Assembly: GCA_046726415.1 (NCBI GenBank)
Contig: JBKPAK010000180.1
Coordinates: 1-13,806, forward strand
Direction of reading: 5' to 3'
Source: Candidatus Methylomirabilota bacterium
GTDB taxonomy: Bacteria > Methylomirabilota > Methylomirabilia > Rokubacteriales > CSP1-6
DNA length: 13,806 bases
Below, piece by piece: positions 10,273 to 13,806 of the stretch. The position numbers and the translations under genes were made by a program. Below the pieces are notes generated by a model. It did not search any database, had not been told where the DNA came from, and saw only the letters and a list, made by a program, of their open reading frames with translations. Every line of letters begins with the position of its first letter. Positions within the stretch are counted from its first letter, which is position 1.

Positions 10273-10640
10273 TCAGGCCAGGGCGAAGCCTTGCCGGCGA
10301 ACGAAGGGCCCGAAATTGTGGCGCTCGGGCACGGAGTACTGGCGCGCTTTGTCCTCCGACCATCCGTAGGGCTCGGTGTAGCCGTAGCGATCCGCGTAGC
10401 GCTGGCTCTCGCGCGGCGTGGCATGGCGGCCTTCGCGGCGACGATCGTACGCCTCGAGCTCATCGGGCAGGTGGCTGTCGTCGTAGCGATCCGTGTGCAC
10501 GGTGACTGCGGGCGGCAGGCGCATGCTGATCCAGCCCGGCTGGCTGGGATAGCCCACGCCAAGCTGCGCCCGCCGTGGGTAGGCAGCCCAAACCGATCCT
10601 CGATGAGGTCGGCAATCGTCTTGGTCCCGGCGGTGCTCAT
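10273..10640 (-). pseudogene. NfsA/Frp-like nitroreductase (flavin oxidoreductase) with a large internal deletion and frameshift
   Basis: ATG at 10640 after GAGGGG gives MSTAGTKTIADLIEDRFGLPTHGGRSL. At ~10558-10559 this is joined out of frame to VGYPSQPGWISMRLPPAVTVHTDRYDD...AYDRRR...YGWSEDKARQYS...GFALA-stop, which resembles the NfsA-family C-terminus (GYP....RLP...H.x.Y). The FMN-binding core is absent. Confidence 0.7.
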
Positions 10641-10892
10641 GACGTCATGGCCCCTCGCTCGGCCGGGAGCGCCGCTCCCGGGCTGGTCGCTCACGGCAAC
10701 CCGGGCGCATAGCGTCTTCGAGAGAGCGCCCGGAGGCGGTCAGTGTAGCGCGTGCGGTGGAGCGGCTGAAGTGCGAGAACGCGGGCGAAGGCGGGGCGGC
10801 CTGAGGCATGACGATGCGACGTATGGCCGTCGCACGCGATATGCCGAGTGCTCGAGGAATCTCCTGAACGGGCGGCGCCCGAGGGGATCGCC

Positions 10893-12020
10893 ATGTCGAT
10901 AATTTGCGCGCGGTGCGGCCGCCGCTACGACGCGATGGAGCGCGTCTGGCGCTGCACCTGCGGAGGCCCGCTCGATCTCGAGCCGGGGGCGTCCCTCGAT
11001 CCGCGGCGCGTGCGCGAGGGTCCACCGACGATGTGGCGCTACGCCGACGCCCTGCACCTCATGGGCGAGCCCGTCTCGCTTGGTGAACCGATGACGCCCC
11101 TGGTGACCGCGGACCACGATGGGGGTCGCGTCGAGCTGAAGTGCGACTATCTCATGCCGTCGGGATCGTACAAGGACCGCGGAACGGCCCTCCTCATGAC
11201 CCATCTGCGCGCCCTGGGCATTCATCGCGCGGTCGAGGACTCGTCGGGCAATGCCGGCGCCTCGACCGCGGCCTACGCGGCTCGCGCGGGCATCGAGCTG
11301 ACGGTGTTCTGTCCGGCCTCGGCGTCGCCTGGCAAGCTTGCCCAGATCCGGCTCCACGGCGCGCGGCTCCGCCCGATCGAGGGGCCGCGGCCGCGTGCCA
11401 CCGAGGCGCTGCAGGCGCACATAGCGGCCAGTGGCGAGTTCTACGCCTCTCACCTCTGGCATCCGTTCTTCATCGAGGGCCTGAAGACGCTGGCCTTCGA
11501 GATCGCCGAGCAGCGCGGCTGGCGCGCCCCCGCGGCCATCCTGTGCCCGGTGGGAGCGGGCAGCATCCTGCTGGGCCTCTGGCGGGGCTTCGGGGAGCTG
11601 CAGAAGGCTGGTCTTGTCGATCGGCTGCCGCGGCTCTTCGCCGTGCAGTCCGAGCGCATCTGCCCCGTGTACCTCGCCCACGCGCGCGGTGCCTCGGACG
11701 TGGAGGCAGTGGTCTCACAGCCCACCGTGGCAGAGGGTATCGCGCTGCCGCGCCCGGTGCGCGGACGGGAGGTTCTTCGTGCCCTGCGCGAGACGCGAGG
11801 CGGCGTCGTCTGCGTCAGCGAAGACGACATCCGGTGGGGATTGCTGGCTCTTGGCAAACACGGCCTCGCCGTCGAGCCGACCTCCGCCGTGGTCCTGCCC
11901 GCGCTGGACCGTCTGCGAGGTGAGGGGGCCATTGTGGGAACCGAGGACGTGGTGCTCGTGCTCTCGGGCTCCGCCCTTAAGGCCGGTGCGCTGCTACCCC
12001 AGCTCATCGGCGCGGAGTAA
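10893..12020 (+). CDS. Threonine synthase-like PLP-dependent enzyme (fold type II) with N-terminal Zn-ribbon
   Basis: Start at ATG 10893 after GAGGGG; 375 aa. CARC...CTCGG ribbon, SLGEPMTPL, PSGSYKDRG (PLP lysine), EDSSGNAGAS, EGLKTLAFEI, PVGAGSIL, TVAEGI and VEPTSA. Confidence 0.85.
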   Translation: MSIICARCGRRYDAMERVWRCTCGGPLDLEPGASLDPRRVREGPPTMWRYADALHLMGEPVSLGEPMTPLVTADHDGGRVELKCDYLMPSGSYKDRGTALLMTHLRALGIHRAVEDSSGNAGASTAAYAARAGIELTVFCPASASPGKLAQIRLHGARLRPIEGPRPRATEALQAHIAASGEFYASHLWHPFFIEGLKTLAFEIAEQRGWRAPAAILCPVGAGSILLGLWRGFGELQKAGLVDRLPRLFAVQSERICPVYLAHARGASDVEAVVSQPTVAEGIALPRPVRGREVLRALRETRGGVVCVSEDDIRWGLLALGKHGLAVEPTSAVVLPALDRLRGEGAIVGTEDVVLVLSGSALKAGALLPQLIGAE

Positions 12021-12053
12021 GTCTGTGTGGTGTGCCCCGAGCCGGCCGAGTTG

Positions 12054-12082
12054 TTGACGGGCACGGAGCGGCCGTCTACGTT
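12054..12082 (+). promoter_or_regulatory. Sigma70-type promoter TTGACG-N17-TACGTT upstream of the hydantoinase gene
   Basis: TTGACG at 12054-12059, a 17-bp spacer, and TACGTT at 12077-12082. It is followed by RBS-like GAGGAGAAAGGA and ATG 12119. Confidence 0.6.
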
Positions 12083-12118
12083 GATCCGGACGATCCCCGA
12101 GGAGAAAGGAACGCTCGA

Positions 12119-13806
12119 ATGAGCAACGTGCGCGTCGGCGTCGACATCGGCGGCACCTTCACGGACATCGTCTTCCTGGACGCCGATGGGCACCTCCACA
12201 CGAAGAAAGTGTCCTCCAGCGTGGACGATTACGCCCGCGCCATCGTCGATGGCCTCCGCGAGGTGTTCGAGGAGACCGGACTGAGGGGGCGCGATGTCGT
12301 CGAGGTCTTGCACGGCACGACGGTCGCTTCCAACGCCATTCTCGAGCTGCGGGGCGCGCGTACCGGCCTGGTGACGACCAAGGGCTTCCGCGACGTTTTG
12401 GAGATCCGTCGGCTGCGCATGCCCCGGCTCTACGACCTTACCTGGGAGAAGCCCACGCCTCTGGTCGAGCGCTACCTCCGCCTCGTGGTCGACGAGAGGA
12501 TCGACGCCCGCGGCCGGGTGCAGCAGCCGCTCGACCCGGCCGAGGTCGATCGGGCCATCGATCGATTGCTGGCCGAGGGCGTCGAGGCCGTCGCCGTGTG
12601 CTTGCTGAACTCCTACGCGAATCCCGTCCACGAGGAGGTCATCCGCGACGCCGTTCGGCGGAAAGCCCCCAGCCTCGCCCTCTCGGTCAGCTCGGAGGTG
12701 CTCCCCGAGATCAAGGAGTACGAGCGCACCTCCACCACTGTGATCAACGCCTACGTCATGCCCGTCGTGCGCCGGTACCTCTCCACACTGCGGAGCGGCC
12801 TCCAGGACATCGACCTCCGCGCCCCGCTGATGATCATGCAGTCGAACGGCGGGCTGATGACCGCGGAGGCGGCGGCCGCCAGCCCGATGCACATCATCGA
12901 ATCAGGGCCGGCGGCCGGCGTGGTGGGCGCCCAGGTGCTCGCGCGGCGCATGGCGCTCGGCAAGGCCATCACCTTCGACATGGGAGGAACCACGGCCAAG
13001 GCCTCCATCATCGAGGACGGCGAGATCAACCGGGCCGCGGAGTACCAGGTGGGCGGCGGCCTCATGCTCGGCTCGCGCCTGCTCACCGGCGCCGGCTATC
13101 TGTTGCGGGTGCCGTCGATCGACCTCGCCGAGGTCGGCGCGGGCGGAGGCTCGCTGGTGTGGGTGGATGCCGGCGAAGCGCTTCAGGTCGGCCCGCGCAG
13201 CGCGGGCGCCTCCCCGGGTCCGCTCTGCTACGACCTCGGGGGGACCGAGCCGACCATCACGGATGCCAACGTGATCCTGGGCTACCTGAATCCCCGGGCC
13301 CTGGCCGGCGGCGCGGTGAAGCTCAACGCGGCCCGGGCCCGCGAGGTCTTCGAGGACAAGGTGGCCCGGCGCATCGGTCTGCCGCTGGACCGCGCCGCTT
13401 ACGGGGCGCACCTCATCGCGGCCTCCAACATGATGCGAGCCATCCGCGCCGTCTCGAGCGAGCGCGGGCGGGATCCCCGCGAGTATGCGCTCTTCGCCTT
13501 CGGCGGCAACGGGCCGCTCTTCGCCGCCGGGATGGCCGCGGCCCTCGAGATGAGGCGCATCGTCGTACCACCGGCGCCGGGGCTCTTCTCGTCCTTCGGC
13601 CTCCTCTATTCGGAGGTCGAACACCACTACGTCCGCTCGTACCGTCGCCTCCTCCGCAAGGTGGCGCCTGCTGAGCTCGGTACGATCTGGGCGCGCATCA
13701 CGGACGAGGCCCGCGCCCAGCTCGAGCGCGAGGGCTTCCGCGGCCCAGCCGCGCGCTTTCGTCGTCTGGCCGACCTGCGCTACCAGGGGCAGTCGTTCGA
13801 GCTGAC
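12119..13806 (+). CDS. Hydantoinase/oxoprolinase family A subunit (N-methylhydantoinase A-like), 3'-truncated by the window edge
   Basis: Not in the ORF track because it has no stop in the window. Manual translation: MSNVRVGVDIGGTFTD...HGTTVASNAILE..GARTGLVTTKGFRDVLEIRR...EYERTSTTVINAYV...MQSNGG...ESGPAAG...FDMGGTTAKAS...GAGGGS...GPRSAGASPGP...FGGNGP...DLRYQGQSFEL. Confidence 0.92.
   Translation, partial: MSNVRVGVDIGGTFTDIVFLDADGHLHTKKVSSSVDDYARAIVDGLREVFEETGLRGRDVVEVLHGTTVASNAILELRGARTGLVTTKGFRDVLEIRRLRMPRLYDLTWEKPTPLVERYLRLVVDERIDARGRVQQPLDPAEVDRAIDRLLAEGVEAVAVCLLNSYANPVHEEVIRDAVRRKAPSLALSVSSEVLPEIKEYERTSTTVINAYVMPVVRRYLSTLRSGLQDIDLRAPLMIMQSNGGLMTAEAAAASPMHIIESGPAAGVVGAQVLARRMALGKAITFDMGGTTAKASIIEDGEINRAAEYQVGGGLMLGSRLLTGAGYLLRVPSIDLAEVGAGGGSLVWVDAGEALQVGPRSAGASPGPLCYDLGGTEPTITDANVILGYLNPRALAGGAVKLNAARAREVFEDKVARRIGLPLDRAAYGAHLIAASNMMRAIRAVSSERGRDPREYALFAFGGNGPLFAAGMAAALEMRRIVVPPAPGLFSSFGLLYSEVEHHYVRSYRRLLRKVAPAELGTIWARITDEARAQLEREGFRGPAARFRRLADLRYQGQSFEL

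Noticed and set aside
10261-10902. 213-aa + strand ORF with a hydrophobic-looking stretch
   Set aside because: Antisense to the nitroreductase remnant and spans the divergent intergenic region; no family motifs.
12598-13674. 358-aa Arg/Pro-rich + strand ORF
   Set aside because: Out-of-frame shadow inside the hydantoinase gene that starts at 12119.

Overview
High-GC bacterial window, nearly all coded on the + strand. Order: tartrate/D-malate dehydrogenase; a decayed minus-strand VapC (PIN) toxin fragment absent from the ORF track; an orphan molybdenum-hydroxylase large subunit with unusual active-site motifs; a form I Mo-Cu aerobic CO dehydrogenase operon (coxM-coxS-coxL, AYRCSFR signature); an XdhC/CoxF-type maturase fused to a YHS/TRASH metal-binding domain; a MocA-type cytidylyltransferase; a solitary Bug/TctC binding protein; an internally deleted minus-strand NfsA-like nitroreductase; a threonine-synthase-like PLP enzyme; and a hydantoinase/oxoprolinase A subunit running off the right edge (also absent from the ORF track). 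Most interesting are the compact CODH cluster with no coxD/E/G in the window but an XdhC-YHS fusion (candidate Cu-delivery route), the second large subunit that has no M/S genes of its own, and a structured, possibly switch-like leader upstream of that gene. All family assignments come from motif recognition by eye; no searches were run.
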